A stretch of 64,000 nt of DNA from Eledone cirrhosa (Eukaryota): assembly GCA_964016885.1 (NCBI GenBank), contig OZ024742.1:360840001-360904000 (forward strand). Reading direction: 5' to 3'. How positions within the stretch are numbered: position 1 is the first letter of the stretch; every line of letters starts with the position of its first letter. The position numbers were made by a program, and so were the translations under genes. The notes beneath the pieces are model-generated. The model was not told the DNA's origin and made no database searches. It worked only from the letters and a program-made list of their open reading frames with translations. Positions 36,001-48,683 of the stretch are shown here, piece after piece.

Positions 36001-39000
36001 ATCTCACACACAGCATCTCACACACACAGCATCTCACACACACAGCATCTCACACACAGCATCTCACACACAGCATCTCACACACACAACATCTCACACA
36101 CACAGCATCTCACACACACAGCATCTCACACACAGCATCTCACACATACAGCATCTCACACACAGCATCTCACACACACAGCATCTCACACACACAGCAT
36201 CTCACACACACAGCATCTCACACACACAGCATCTCACACACACAGCATCTCACACACACAGCATCTCACACACAGCATCTCACACACACAGCATCTCACA
36301 CACACACAGAATCTCACACACAGCATCTCACACCTACAGCATCTCACACACAGCATCTCACACACACAGCATCTCACACACACAGCATCTCACACACAGC
36401 ATCTCACACACACAGCATCTCACACATACAGCATCTCACACACACAGCATCTCACGCACACAGCATCTCACACACAGCATCTCACACACACAGCATCTCA
36501 CATACACAGCATCTCACACACACAGCATCTCACACACACAACATCTCACACACAGCATCTCACACACACAGCATCTCACACACACAGCATCTCACACACA
36601 CAGCATCTCACACACAGCATCTCACACACACAGCATCTCACACACACAGCATCTCACGTACTCAGCATCTCACACACAGCATCTCATACACACAGCATCT
36701 CACACACACAGCATCTCTCACACACAGCATCTCACACACAGCATCTCACATACACAGTATCTCACATACACAGCATCTCACATACACAGCATCTCACACA
36801 CACAGCATCTCACATACACAGCATCTCACACACACAGCATCTCACACACACAGCATCTCACATACACAGCATCTCACACCCACAGCATCTCACACACACA
36901 GCATCTCACACACACAGCATCTCACACACAGCATCTCACACACACAGCATCTCACACACACAGCATCTCACACACACAGCATCTCACACACAGCATCTCA
37001 CACACACAGCATCTCACACACACAGCATCTCACGTACTCAGCATCTCACACACAGCATCTCATACACACAGCATCTCACACACACAGCATCTCTCACACA
37101 CAGCATCTCACACACAGCATCTCACACACACAGCATCTCACACACACAGCATCTCACACACAGCATCTCACACACACAGCATCTCACACACACAGCATCT
37201 CTCACACACAGCATCTCACACACACAGCATCTCACACACACAGCATCTCACACACACAGCATCTCACACACACAGCATTTCTCACACACAGCATCTCACA
37301 CACACAGCATCTCACACACACAGCATCTCACACACACAGCATCTCACACACACAGCATCTCACACACACAGCATCTCTCACACACAGCATCTCTCACACA
37401 CAGCATCTCACACACACAGCATCTCACACACACAGCATCTCACACATACAGCATCTCACACACACAGCATCTCACACACAGCATCTCACACACACAGCAT
37501 CTCACACACACAGCATCTCTCACACACAGCATCTCACACACAGCATCTCACACACACAGCATCTGACATACACAGCATCTCACACACACAGCATCTCACA
37601 CACACAGCATCTCACACACACAGCATCTGACACACAGCATCTCACACACACAGCATCTCACACACATAGCATCTCACACACACAGCATCTCACACACACA
37701 GCATCTCACACACACAGCATCTCACACACAGCATCTCACACATACAGCATCTCACACTCAGCATCTCACACACAGCATCTCACACACAGCATCTCACACA
37801 CACAGCATCTCACACACATAGCATCTCACACACACAGCATCTCACATACACAGCATCTCACACACACAGCATCTCACACACACAGCATCTCACACACAGC
37901 ATCTCACACATACAGCATCTCACACTCAGCATCTCACACACAGCATCTCACACACAGCATCTCACACACACAGCATCTCACATACACAGCATCTCACACA
38001 CACAGCATCTCACACACACAGCATCTCACACACACAGCATCTCACACACACAGCATCTCACACACAGCATCTCACACACACAGCATCTCACACACACACA
38101 GAATCTCACACACAGCATCTCACACCTACAGCATCTCACACACAGCATCTCACACACACAGCATCTCACATACACAGCATCTCACACACACAGCCTCTCA
38201 CACACACAGCATCTCACACACACAGCATCTCACACACACAGCATCTCACGCACACAGCATCTCACACACAGCATCTCACACACACAGCATCTCACATACA
38301 CAGCATCTCACACACACAGCATCTCACACACACAACATCTCACACACAGCATCTCACACACACAGCATCTCACACACACAGCATCTCACACACACAGCAT
38401 CTCACACACAGCATCTCACACACACAGCATCTCACACACACAGCATCTCACGTACTCAGCATCTCACACACAGCATCTCATACACTCAGCATCTCACACA
38501 CACAGCATCTCTCACACACAGCATCTCACACACAGCATCTCACATACACAGTATCTCACATACACAGCATCTCACATACACAGCATCTCACACACACAGC
38601 TTCTCACATACACAGCATCTCACACACACAGCATCTCACACACACAGCATCTCACATACACAGCATCTCACACCCACAGCATCTCACACACACAGCATCT
38701 CACACACACAGCATCTCACACACAGCATCTCACACACACAGCATCTCACACACACAGCATCTCACACACACAGCATCTCACACACAGCATCTCACACACA
38801 CAGCATCTCACACACACAGCATCTCACGTACTCAGCATCTCACACACAGCATCTCATACACACAGCATCTCACACACACAGCATCTCTCACACACAGCAT
38901 CTCACACACAGCATCTCACACACACAGCATCTCACACACACAGCATCTCACACACAGCATCTCACACACACAGCATCTCACACACACAGCATCTCTCACA

Positions 39001-39875
39001 CACAGCATCTCACACACACAGCATCTCACACACACAGCATCTCACACACACAGCATCTCACACACACAGCATTTCTCACACACAGCATCTCACACACACA
39101 GCATCTCACACACACAGCATCTCACACACACAGCATCTCACACACACAGCATCTCTCACACACAGCATCTCTCACACACAGCATCTCACACACACAGCAT
39201 CTCACACACACAGCATCTCACACATACAGCATCTCACACACACAGCATCTCACACACAGCATCTCACACACACAGCATCTCACACACACAGCATCTCTCA
39301 CACACAGCATCTCACACACAGCATCTCACACACACAGTATCTGACATACACAGCATCTCACACACACAGCATCTCACACACACAGCATCTCACACACACA
39401 GCATCTCACACACACAGCATCTGACACACAGCATCTCACACACACAGCATCTCACACACATAGCATCTCGCACACACAGCATCTCACACACACAGCATCT
39501 CACACACACAGCATCTCACACACAGCATCTCACACACACAGCATCTCACACACACAGCATCTCACACACAGCATCTCACACATACAGCATCTCACACTCA
39601 GCATCTCACACACAGCATCTCACACAGAGCATCTCACACACACAGCATCTCACACACATAGCATCTCACACACACAGCATCTCACATACACAGCATCTCA
39701 CACACACAGCATCTCACACACACAGCATCTCACACACAGCATCTCACACATACAGCATCTCACACTCAGCATCTCACACACAGCATCTCACACACAGCAT
39801 CTCACACACACAGCATCTCACATACACAGCATCTCACACACACAGCATCTCACACACACAGCATCTCACACACAC
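1..39875. repeat. Large satellite array, unit CAGCATCT(CA)n, mostly 14 or 16 bp (12 and 18 bp variants); runs off the left window edge
   Basis: Direct reading: continuous CAGCATCTCACACA(CA) units with scattered point variants; ends at ...cacacacccaccctcc. Confidence 0.99.
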
Positions 39876-39911
39876 CCACCCTCCTTACTATGACACACAA
39901 TCCAATACCCA

Positions 39912-40213
39912 ACACCACCATCACCAACAACACCACCACCACCCCTACCACCACCACCACCCCTACCACCACCACCACCACCACCCCTACCACCACCACC
40001 ACCACCACCACCCATACCACCACCACCACTACCACCACCACTATACCTCCACCACGACCACCACCACCACCACCACCACCACCACCACCACCACCACCAC
40101 CACCACTACCACCACCACCACCACTATACCACCACCACCACCACCACCACCACTACCACCACCACTATACCACCACCACCACTACCACCACCACCACCAC
40201 CACTACTACTACC
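39912..40213. repeat. (ACC)n trinucleotide repeat with CTAT/CTAC interruptions
   Basis: Direct reading; explains the poly-T/P/H ORFs. Confidence 0.95.
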
Positions 40214-40225
40214 AATAACAACCCT

Positions 40226-40300
40226 GTAAGTTTAACTGCCTACTTCTATGACACTTTAACCACAACAACAACAACAATAGTTTTTATCTGTTTATTTCAG
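40226..40300 (+). other. Candidate 75-nt spliceosomal intron
   Basis: GTAAGT donor at 40226, branch-like CTTTAAC, pyrimidine-rich TTTTTATCTGTTTATTTCAG acceptor ending at 40300. Confidence 0.5.
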
Positions 40301-40348
40301 ATGAAAGAAGTATCCTGATTTAGATATTCAGAGTGAATATTATAACAA

Positions 40349-40962
40349 TGGTGGTGGTAGTGGTATAGTGGTGGTGGTGGTGGTGGTGGTATAGTGGTGG
40401 TGGTGGTGGTGGTGGTATAGTGGTGGTGGTGGTATGGTGGTGGTGGTGGTGGTGGTGGTATAGTGGTGGTGGTGGTGGTGGTGGTGGTGGTATAGTGGTG
40501 GTGGTGGTGGTGGTGGTATAGTGGTGGTGGTGGTGGTGGTGGTATAGTGGTGGTGGTGGTGGTGGTGGTATAGTGGTGGTGGTGGTATGGTGGTGGTGGT
40601 GGTGGTGGTATAGTGGTGGTGGTGGTGGTGGTGGTGGTGGTATAGTGGTGGTGGTGGTATGGTGGTGGTGGTGGTGGTGGTATGGTGGTGGTAGTGGTGG
40701 TGGTGGTGGTATAGTGGTGGTGGTGGTATGGTGGTGGTGGTGGTATGGTGGTGGTGGTGGTGGTGGTATGGTGGTGGTGGTGGTGGTGGTATGGTGGTGG
40801 TGGTAGTGGTGGTGGTGGCATGGCGGTAGTGGTGGTGGTGGTGGCATAGTGGTGGTGGTGGTGGTATAGTGGTGGTGGTGGTATGGTGGTGGTGGTGGAG
40901 TTGGTGGTGGTATGGTGGTGGTGGTGGTGGTGGTGGTGGTAGTGGTATAGTAGTGGTGGTGC
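40349..40962. repeat. (GGT)n trinucleotide repeat with GGTATAGT/GGTATGGT interruptions
   Basis: Direct reading; reverse complement of the upstream (ACC)n tract. Confidence 0.95.
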
Positions 40963-41015
40963 TGGTGAGGAGGAGGCATGTCTGCAGGGATTGATGTAGG
41001 TCGGGTGGTTATATG

Positions 41016-42510
41016 ATATGATGGGGTGGAAATGTGATGGAGGTGGAAATGTTATGATGGAGGTGATTGTGGTATGATGGGGGTGGACATGTTATGATGG
41101 AGGTGATTGTGGTATGATGGGGGTGGACATGTTATGATGGAGGTGATTGTGGTATGATGGGGGTGGACATGTTATGATGGAGGTGATTGTGGTATGATGG
41201 GGGTGGACATGTTATGATGGAGGTGATTGTGGTATGATGGGGGTGGACATGTTATGATGGAGGTGATTGTGGTATGATGGGGGTGATTGTTGTATGATGG
41301 GGGTGGACATGTTATGATGGAGGTGATTGTGGTATGATGGGGGTGGACATGTTATGATGGAGGTGATTGTGGTATGATGGGGGTGGACATGTTATGATGG
41401 AGGTGATTGTGGTATGATGGGGGTGATTGTTGTATGATGGGGGTGGACATGTTATGATGGAGGTGATTGTGGTTTGATGGGGGTGGACATGTTATGATGG
41501 AGGTGATTGTGGTATGATGGGGGTGGACATGTTATGATGGAGGTGATTGTGGTATGATGGGGGTGGACATGTTATGATGGAGGTGATTGTGGTATGATGG
41601 GGGTGGACATGTTATGATGGAGGTGATTGTGGTATGATGGGGGTGATTGTTGTATGATGGGGGTGGACATGTTATGATGGAGGTGATTGTGGTATGATGG
41701 GGGTGGACATGTTATGATGGAGGTGATTGTGGTATGATGGGGGTGGACATGTTATGATGGAGGTGATTGTGGTATGATGGGGGTGGACATGTTATGATGG
41801 AGGTGATTGTGGTTTGATGGGGGTGGACATGTTATGATGGAGGTGATTGTGGTTTGATGGGGGTGGACATGTTATGATGGAGGTGATTGTGGTATGATGG
41901 GGGTGATTGTGGTTTGATGGAGGTGGACATGTTATGATGGAGGTGATTGTGGTTTGATGGAGGTGGACATGTTATGATGGAGGTGATTGTGGTATGATGG
42001 AGGTGGACATGTTATGATGGAGGTGATTGTGGTTTGATGGGGGTGGACATGTTATGATGGAGGTGATTGTGGTTTGATGGGGGTGGACATGTTATGATGG
42101 AGGTGATTGTGGTATGATGCGGGTGGACATGTTATGATGGAGGTGATTGTGGTATGATGGGGGTGATTGTGGTTTGATGGAGGTGGACATGTTATGATGG
42201 AGGTGATTGTGGTATGATGCGGGTGGAAATGTTATGATGGAGGTGATTGTGGTATGATGCGGGTGGAAATGTTATGATGGAGGTGATTGTGGTATGATGC
42301 GGGTGGAAATGTTATGATGGAGGTGATTGTGGTATGATGCGGGTGGAAATGTTATGATGGAGGTGATTGTGGTATGATGGAGGTGGACATGTTACGATGG
42401 GGGTGATTGTGGTATGATGGAGGTGATTGTGGTATGATGGAGGTGATTGTGGTATGATGGGGGGTGATTGTGGTATGATGGGGGTGGAAATGTTATGATG
42501 GTGGTGATTG
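41016..42510. repeat. 40-bp minisatellite made of two related 20-mers (GGTATGATGGGGGTGGACAT / GTTATGATGGAGGTGATTGT)
   Basis: Direct reading; 20/40-bp register visible across lines. Confidence 0.95.
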
Positions 42511-42550
42511 TGATATAATGGGGATGGTTATGATGTGATAGAAGTAAATA

Positions 42551-42735
42551 TAATTGTTTCTACTTTTGGCACAAGGCCAGCAATTATCTCAGTACATTAC
42601 TGGTACTTTGTTTTATCGACTTCGTAAGGATGAAAGGCAAAGTTAATCTTGGCGGGATTTTAACTCAGAATGGCAAGGGCCGTAACTCTATGCCTCAAAG
42701 CATGGCGTCTGACACTCCACTGATACTGCCAATCC
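42551..42735 (-). mobile_element. tRNA-derived SINE with Deu/Nin-like core (group A)
   Basis: Reverse complement matches + copies at 54945 and 56673: GAGTT(C/A)AAATCCCGCC B-box, GCCTTTCATCCTTACG..GTCGATAAAA..AGTACCAG core, TGTGCCAAAAGTAGAAACAAT tail. Confidence 0.85.
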
Positions 42736-42837
42736 AAATATAATGATGGTAGTTATGATAAGGGGGTAGTTATAATCACGGTGGTTATAATATGATTGGG
42801 AAACCTATGACGATGGTAGTTATCATATGATGGAGGA

Positions 42838-43000
42838 ACTCTTGGGTCCCAAACAATAGGGGTGGGGGTGGAATAAGCCAGGTGGGTGGGGGTTGGAATA
42901 AGCCAGGTGGGGGCTGGGATTTCTAGTAATGTATATTTTTGTCATGTAGAATGTTTTTTAATGTCTAAAGGAAACTAATTGTTGCAGGAATGCTACTACT
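42838..43000 (+). mobile_element. Non-autonomous DNA transposon end (terminus CTCTTGGGTCCCAAA(T/C)AATAGGGG)
   Basis: Same terminus and internal sequence as 49646 (+) and 52914 (-). Confidence 0.6.
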
Positions 43001-43172
43001 TAAAATAATATTTCACCAGATGGATTAGTAAAATTTAATAAGAGGGGGCGGCGGAGAGATTTGAAAAATAAATGTGTGTGTGTGTATTCGAGACCCGAGA
43101 GTAGTTATAATGGTGTTTATTTTATGATGGAGGTATTTATCATGATAGTGGTTATGTGTGTGTGTGTGTGGA

Positions 43173-43492
43173 ATCATCATCACCATTTTACGTCCTTCTT
43201 CCACGCTAGCATGGGTTAGACGGGTTGTCCTGTTGTGGGCAGTGTCCGGTCGGCTGACCTTGTCTTGCTCATACGGCAACTGATTCTGTCTTGATATCTA
43301 CAGCTGGATGCCCTTCCTAACACCAACCTCATTTACAGTGAGTGCTGGATGCTTTTTTTTTCCGTGGCGCCTACACGTCCACTTTACAGTGTGGGCTGGG
43401 TGCTTTTTTGCCATGACACCTCCACGACCACTTTGCAGTGGAATGATAGGGACCCCAGTCCTATCATCTCATTTCTACAGCTGAGTGAACTG
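43173..43492 (-). mobile_element. 5'-truncated SINE (group B): core plus RTE-derived 3' tail ending (GAT)n
   Basis: 43173-43440 is the reverse complement of the LINE 3' UTR (60228-60480); 43441-43492 matches the SINE body at ~60675-60727. Confidence 0.85.
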
Positions 43493-43559
43493 AAAAATTA
43501 ATTAGCAGATTGGAGTTGATAATTATTCGAGACTTGAGAGTATTCATAGGAATAGCTGG

Positions 43560-43660
43560 TCTAGGGTTTTATCCCACCCTGTAGCATCTTGGGTAAGTGT
43601 TTACCACTATAGCCATGGGACATTGAATATTTTGTGGGCAGGAAATCTAAAGAAGCCTGT
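43560..43660 (+). mobile_element. Degenerate SINE fragment
   Basis: TTGGGTAAGTGTTTACCACTATAGCC...GGAAATCTAAAGAAGCCTGTC resembles an octopus-type SINE body recalled from memory; no second copy in the window. Confidence 0.35.
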
Positions 43661-43950
43661 CATCATCATCAACATCGTTTAACGTCTATCTTCCACACTA
43701 GCATGGGTTAGATGGGAATTGTCCCACTTGAGGCAAGATTGGTTGGGTGACCGTGTCTCGCTCATGTAGGACTGTCTGGCAAGTTTTCTATGGCTGGATG
43801 CCCTTCCTAACACCAATCACATTTACAGTGTGGACTGGGAGGTTTTTACCATATTACCTACATGACCACATTACAGCGTGGACTGTGTTTTTTTTTCTCG
43901 TGACACCTCCACGACCTCATTAGTTTGGACTGGATGTTGTGGTACCAACA
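43659..43950 (-). mobile_element. RTE 3'-tail copy
   Basis: CATCATC..TTTAACGTCTATCTTCCACACTAGCATGGGTTAGATGG...GCTGGATGCCCTTCCTAACACCAA, the reverse complement of the LINE 3' UTR. Confidence 0.85.
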
Positions 43951-44204
43951 TAACTTTACAGAGAAAGGGGTGGTGTTGGTGATATCATCATCATCCTTTA
44001 ACATCTGCTTTCCCTGATAGCAAAGGTTAGAGAGTCTTCACAAGCTATTCAGTACTGAAATGGTACACAGACCTACTCCCAGACAGGCTGAGAATCTACA
44101 TTCGCATACAGTCCCATGTTCTATTGAGTATATTTTATTGTGGAACCAGCGCTAGGGGGAAGGGGGTGACAACAAAACACAAAGGAACAGAGAGAAAAGA
44201 TGAT

Positions 44205-44378
44205 TATAAAAGGTATTGAGTGTAGTTTGCAAGAGAGATGATTGCACTGGTACGGGCATGTGATGTTTAAGGAGAGTGAGAGTTGCATAAAAATATGGCT
44301 GACATTTGAAGTGGATGGTAGATGTGGAAGAGGGAGACCAAGGAAGACATGGGATGAAGTTATGAAGAAGGACCTTAC
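44205..44378 (+). pseudogene. Degenerate RTE ORF C-terminal fragment
   Basis: Translates to LHWYGHVMF...VDGRCGRGRPRKTWDEVMKKDL, homologous to LRWYGHVMR...GRPKMTWDEVIKADL of the LINE ORF. Confidence 0.85.
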
Positions 44379-44687
44379 ACACACACACATATATATATAA
44401 ACACACATATAACATTAACTTACAGTGTCATTAAAGTACAATTGATTCCCTTAAATTAGGACTGAGATTCTTCACAGAGACCAGATCTTAGTTCTACAAA
44501 TATGTTGACATTCTTTAATGGCCTAATCATCTGTCTTCTCTAAATTCTCTCTCCATTTTTTGGTATTGTCCTCCCTCAGTCAGCTGCCAGCCAGTCTTTT
44601 ATGGAACATCCAACAACTTGTAGAGTTTTAACTATTTCTTTATCATTTGGAATTAAGTCTTTATTAATGGAAATGGTAACACATGGA

Positions 44688-44871
44688 ATAATTGTTTCTA
44701 CTTTTGGCACAAGGCCAGCCATACCCAGTGCATTACTGGTACTTTATTTTATTGGCCCCGTAAGGATGAAAGGCAAAGCTAACCTTGGCGAGATTTGAAC
44801 TCAGACCATAAAAGGCTGTAACTCTATGCTGCAAAACATGGCATTTGACCCTCTGCCGATACTGCTAATTC
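44688..44871 (-). mobile_element. tRNA-derived SINE group A
   Basis: Near copy of 42551-42735. Confidence 0.85.
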
Positions 44872-44906
44872 GGGAGTAATCCAATGGAAAGAGAAAAGAA
44901 AAATAA

Positions 44907-47900
44907 GGGGAGGAATGACAGACTACATCCTACTGTAGGGGTAGGGAATGACAGACTACATCCTACTGTAGGGGGAGGGAATGACAGACTACATCCTACT
45001 GTAGGGGGAGGGAATGACAGACTCTACATCCTACTGTAGGGGGGAGGGAATGACAGACTACATCCTACTGTAGGGGGAGGGAATGACAGACTCTACATCC
45101 TACTGTAGGGGGGAGGGAATGACAGACTACATCCTACTGTAGGGGGAGGGAATGACAGACTCTACATCCTACTGTAGGGGGAGGGAATGACAGACTACAT
45201 CCTACTGTAGGGGGGAGGGAATGACAGACTACATCCTACTGTAGGGGGAGGGAATGACAGACTCTACATCCTACTGTAGGGGGAGGGAATGACAGACTAC
45301 ATCCTACTGTAGGGGGAGGGAATGACAGACTCTACATCCTACTGTAGGGGGAGGGAATGACAGACTACATCCTACTGTAGGGGGAGGGAATGACAGACTA
45401 CATCCTACTGTAGGGGGAGGGAATGACAGACTACATCCTACTGTAGGGGGAGGGAATGACAGACTGCATCCTACTGTAGGGGGAGGGAATGACAGACTAC
45501 ATCCTACTGTAGGGGGAGGGAATGACAGACTACATCCTACTGTAGGGGGAGGGAATGACAGACTCTACATCCTACTGTAGGGGGAGGGAATGACAGACTA
45601 CATCCTACTGTAGGGGGGAGGGAATGACAGACTACATCCTACTGTAGGGGGAGGGAATGACAGACTACATCCTACTGTAGGGGGAGGGAATGACAGACTC
45701 TACATCCTACTGTAGGGGGAGGGAATGACAGACTACATCCTACTGTAGGGGGAGGGAATGACAGACTCTACATCCTACTGTAGGGGGAGGGAATGACAGA
45801 CTACATCCTACTGTAGGGGGAGGGAATGACAGACTACATCCTACTGTAGGGGGAGGGAATGACAGACTACATCCTACTGTAGGGGGGGAGGGAATGACAG
45901 ACTGCATCCTACTGTAGGGGGAGGGAATGACAGACTACATCCTAATGTAGGGGGAGGGAATGACAGACTGCATCCTACTGTAGGGGGAGGGAATGACAGA
46001 CTGCATCCTACTGTAGGGGGCAGGGAATGACAGACTACATCCTACTGTAGGGGGAGGTAATGACAGACTGCATCCTACTGTAGGGGCGAGGGAATGACAG
46101 ACTACATCCTACTGTAGGGGGAGGTAATGACAGACTGCATCCTACTTTAGGGGCGAGGGAATGACAGACTACATCCTACTGTAGGGGGAGGGAATGACAG
46201 ACTGCATCCTACGGTAGGGGGGAGGGAATGACAGACTGCATCCTACTGTAGGGGCGAGGGGATGACAGACTACATCCTACTGTAGGGAGGGAATGACAGA
46301 CTACATCCTACTGTAGGGGGAGGGAATGACAAGCTACATCCTACTGTAGGGGGGAGGTAATGACAGCCTGCATCCTACTGTAGGGGGAGGGAATGACAGA
46401 CTACATCCTACTGTAGGGGGAGGGAATGACAGACTACATCCTACTGTAGGGGGAGGGAATGACAAGCTACATCCTACTGTAGGGGGGAGGGAATGACAGA
46501 CTGCATCCTACTGTAGGGGGAGGGAATGACAGACTGCATCCTACTGTAGGGGGGGGAATGACAGACTGCATCCTACTGTAGGGGGAGGGAATGACAGACT
46601 ACATCCTACTGTAGGAGGGAGGGAATGACGGACTCTACATCCTACTGTAGGGGGAGGGAATGACAGACTGCATCCTACTGTAGGGGGAGGGAATGACAGA
46701 CTACATCCTACTGTAGGAGGGAGGGAATGACAGACTACATCCTACTGTAGGGGGGAGGGAATGACAGACTACATCCTACTGTAGGGGGGGGGAATGACAG
46801 ACTACATCCTACTGTAGGGGGGGCGGATGACAGCCTGCATCCTACTGTAGGGGGAGGGAATGACAGACTACATCCTACTGTAGGGGGAGGGAATGACTGG
46901 CTGCATCCTACTGTAGGGGGAGGGAATGACAGACTACATCCTACTATAGGGGGAGGGAATGACAGACTACATCCTACTGTAGGGGGGAGGGAATGACAGA
47001 CTGCATCCTACTGTAGGGGGAGGTAATGACAGACTACATCCTACTGTAGGGGGGAGGGAATGACAGACTACATCCTACTGTAGGGGGGAGGGAATGACAG
47101 ACTGCATCCTACTGTAGGGGGAGGGAATGACAGACTACATCCTACTGTAGGGGGGGAGGGAATGACAGACTACATCCTACTGTAGGGGGGGGGGAATGAC
47201 AGACTCTACATCCTACTGTAGGGGGAGGGAATGACAGACTACATCCTAATGTAGGGGGGAGGGAATGACAGACTCTACATACTACTGTAGGGGGAGGGAA
47301 TGACAGACTACATCCTACTGTAGGGGGGAGGGGATGACAGACTCTACATCCTACTGTAGGGGGGAGGGAATGACAGACTCTACATCCTACTGTAGGGGGG
47401 AGGGAATGACAGACTCTACATACTACTGTAGGGGGAGGGAATGACAGACTACATCCTACTGTAGGGGGAGGGAATGACAGACTACATCCTACTGTAGGGG
47501 GGAGGGAATGACAGACTACATCCTACTGTAGGGGGGAGGGAATGACAGACTGCATCCTACTGTAGGGGGCAGGGAATGACAGACTACATCCTACTGTAGG
47601 GGGAGGGAATGACAGACTACATCCTAATGTAGGGGGGAGGGAATGACAGACTCTACATCCTACTGTAGGGGGAGGGAATGACAGACTGCATCCTACTGTA
47701 GGGGGAGGGAATGACAGACTACATCCTACTGTAGGGGGGAGGGAATGACAGACTACATCCTACTGTAGGGGGGAGGGAATTACAGACTACATCCTACTGT
47801 AGGGGGAGGGAATGACAGACTGCATCCTACTGTAGGGGGCAGGGAATGACAGACTACATCCTACTGTAGGGGGGAGGGAATGACAGACTACATCCTAATG

Positions 47901-48030
47901 TAGGGGGGAGGGAATGACAGACTCTACATCCTACTGTAGGGGGAGGGAATGACAGACTACATCCTACTGTAGGGGGGAGGGAATGACAGACTACATCCTA
48001 CTGTAGGGGGGAGGGAATGACACTCTACAT
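44907..48030. repeat. 33-36 bp G-rich minisatellite AGGGAATGACAGACT(CT)ACATCCTACTGTAGGGGG, roughly 90 copies
   Basis: Direct reading; variation mainly in G-run length and a CT insertion. Confidence 0.97.
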
Positions 48031-48274
48031 CCCAGTGTAAGCGATATATCTCAGCTGCACCCAGTGACAAAATAGCAAAGACATTGCTGTGGTGAATAGC
48101 CAGCAACATCTGCTAAATCAGCCATTCCACCTCATAGACACCCTGCTTGGATGGGTGTCACTCTTCCCACCAATCGTGCAGAGGAAAACAGAAGTTGAGG
48201 GAGTGAGAACACTTAAGGTTTTGACCGAGACTGACATGTTTATTGGCTGTTCTCAGTTGCCCTTGTGTAATCTC

Positions 48275-48503
48275 TTAATCTTTTAGCATTTAAACCAGCC
48301 ATATCCGGCCAGAATTCTCTCACCTCTTTCTGTTCAAACTGGCTGTAACAGGCTGCTCATACCTACATTAAGATATTCTTCTCAAAATAAATAACATCAT
48401 TATCTTGTAGATTTGATATTATGTGAGATAATTATGTAAGATAAAGCCTTTACTGTGAAAATACAATAGTATATATAGAGTAATTTAAATGCTAAAGGGT
48501 TAA
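48275..48503. mobile_element. piggyBac-like MITE
   Basis: TTAA-TCTTTTAGCATTTAAA ... TTTAAATGCTAAAGGG-TTAA: 16-bp TIRs (2 mismatches) with TTAA on both sides. Confidence 0.75.
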
Positions 48504-48637
48504 GAGAAAGTCGCTTGTAAGCATGTCAGAGGTCAGATTAGTTGAAAACCTAGGGAGACAAACATTTCTTAGCAATCCCCAGCTGGTGCTTTTCTATGAA
48601 TTTAAATGGCTGAGACATGTTTATCTGTAACTCCTAG

Positions 48638-48683
48638 GGCCCTCTTCCATCTCTGTCTCCTTCTTGAGAAAAAGAAGTCAATG
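48638..48683 (+). other. Weak candidate internal exon (46 nt)
   Basis: TTTATCTGTAACTCCTAG acceptor, ATG|GTGAGT donor; one frame reads ALFHLCLLLEKKKSM. Confidence 0.25.

Noticed and set aside
40301-40360. TGA followed by KKYPDLDIQSEYYNNG as a possible selenoprotein exon
   Set aside because: No CxxU context, recognisable family or SECIS seen; the upstream exon is low-complexity
39850-40979. Poly-T/P/H/V ORFs resembling mucin, formin or extensin
   Set aside because: By-products of (ACC)n/(GGT)n repeats, open in several frames on both strands
44907-48030. CRISPR-like array (33-36 bp palindromic repeat) or GNDRLHPTVGG repeat protein
   Set aside because: No spacers, eukaryotic context, and frequent frameshifting indels
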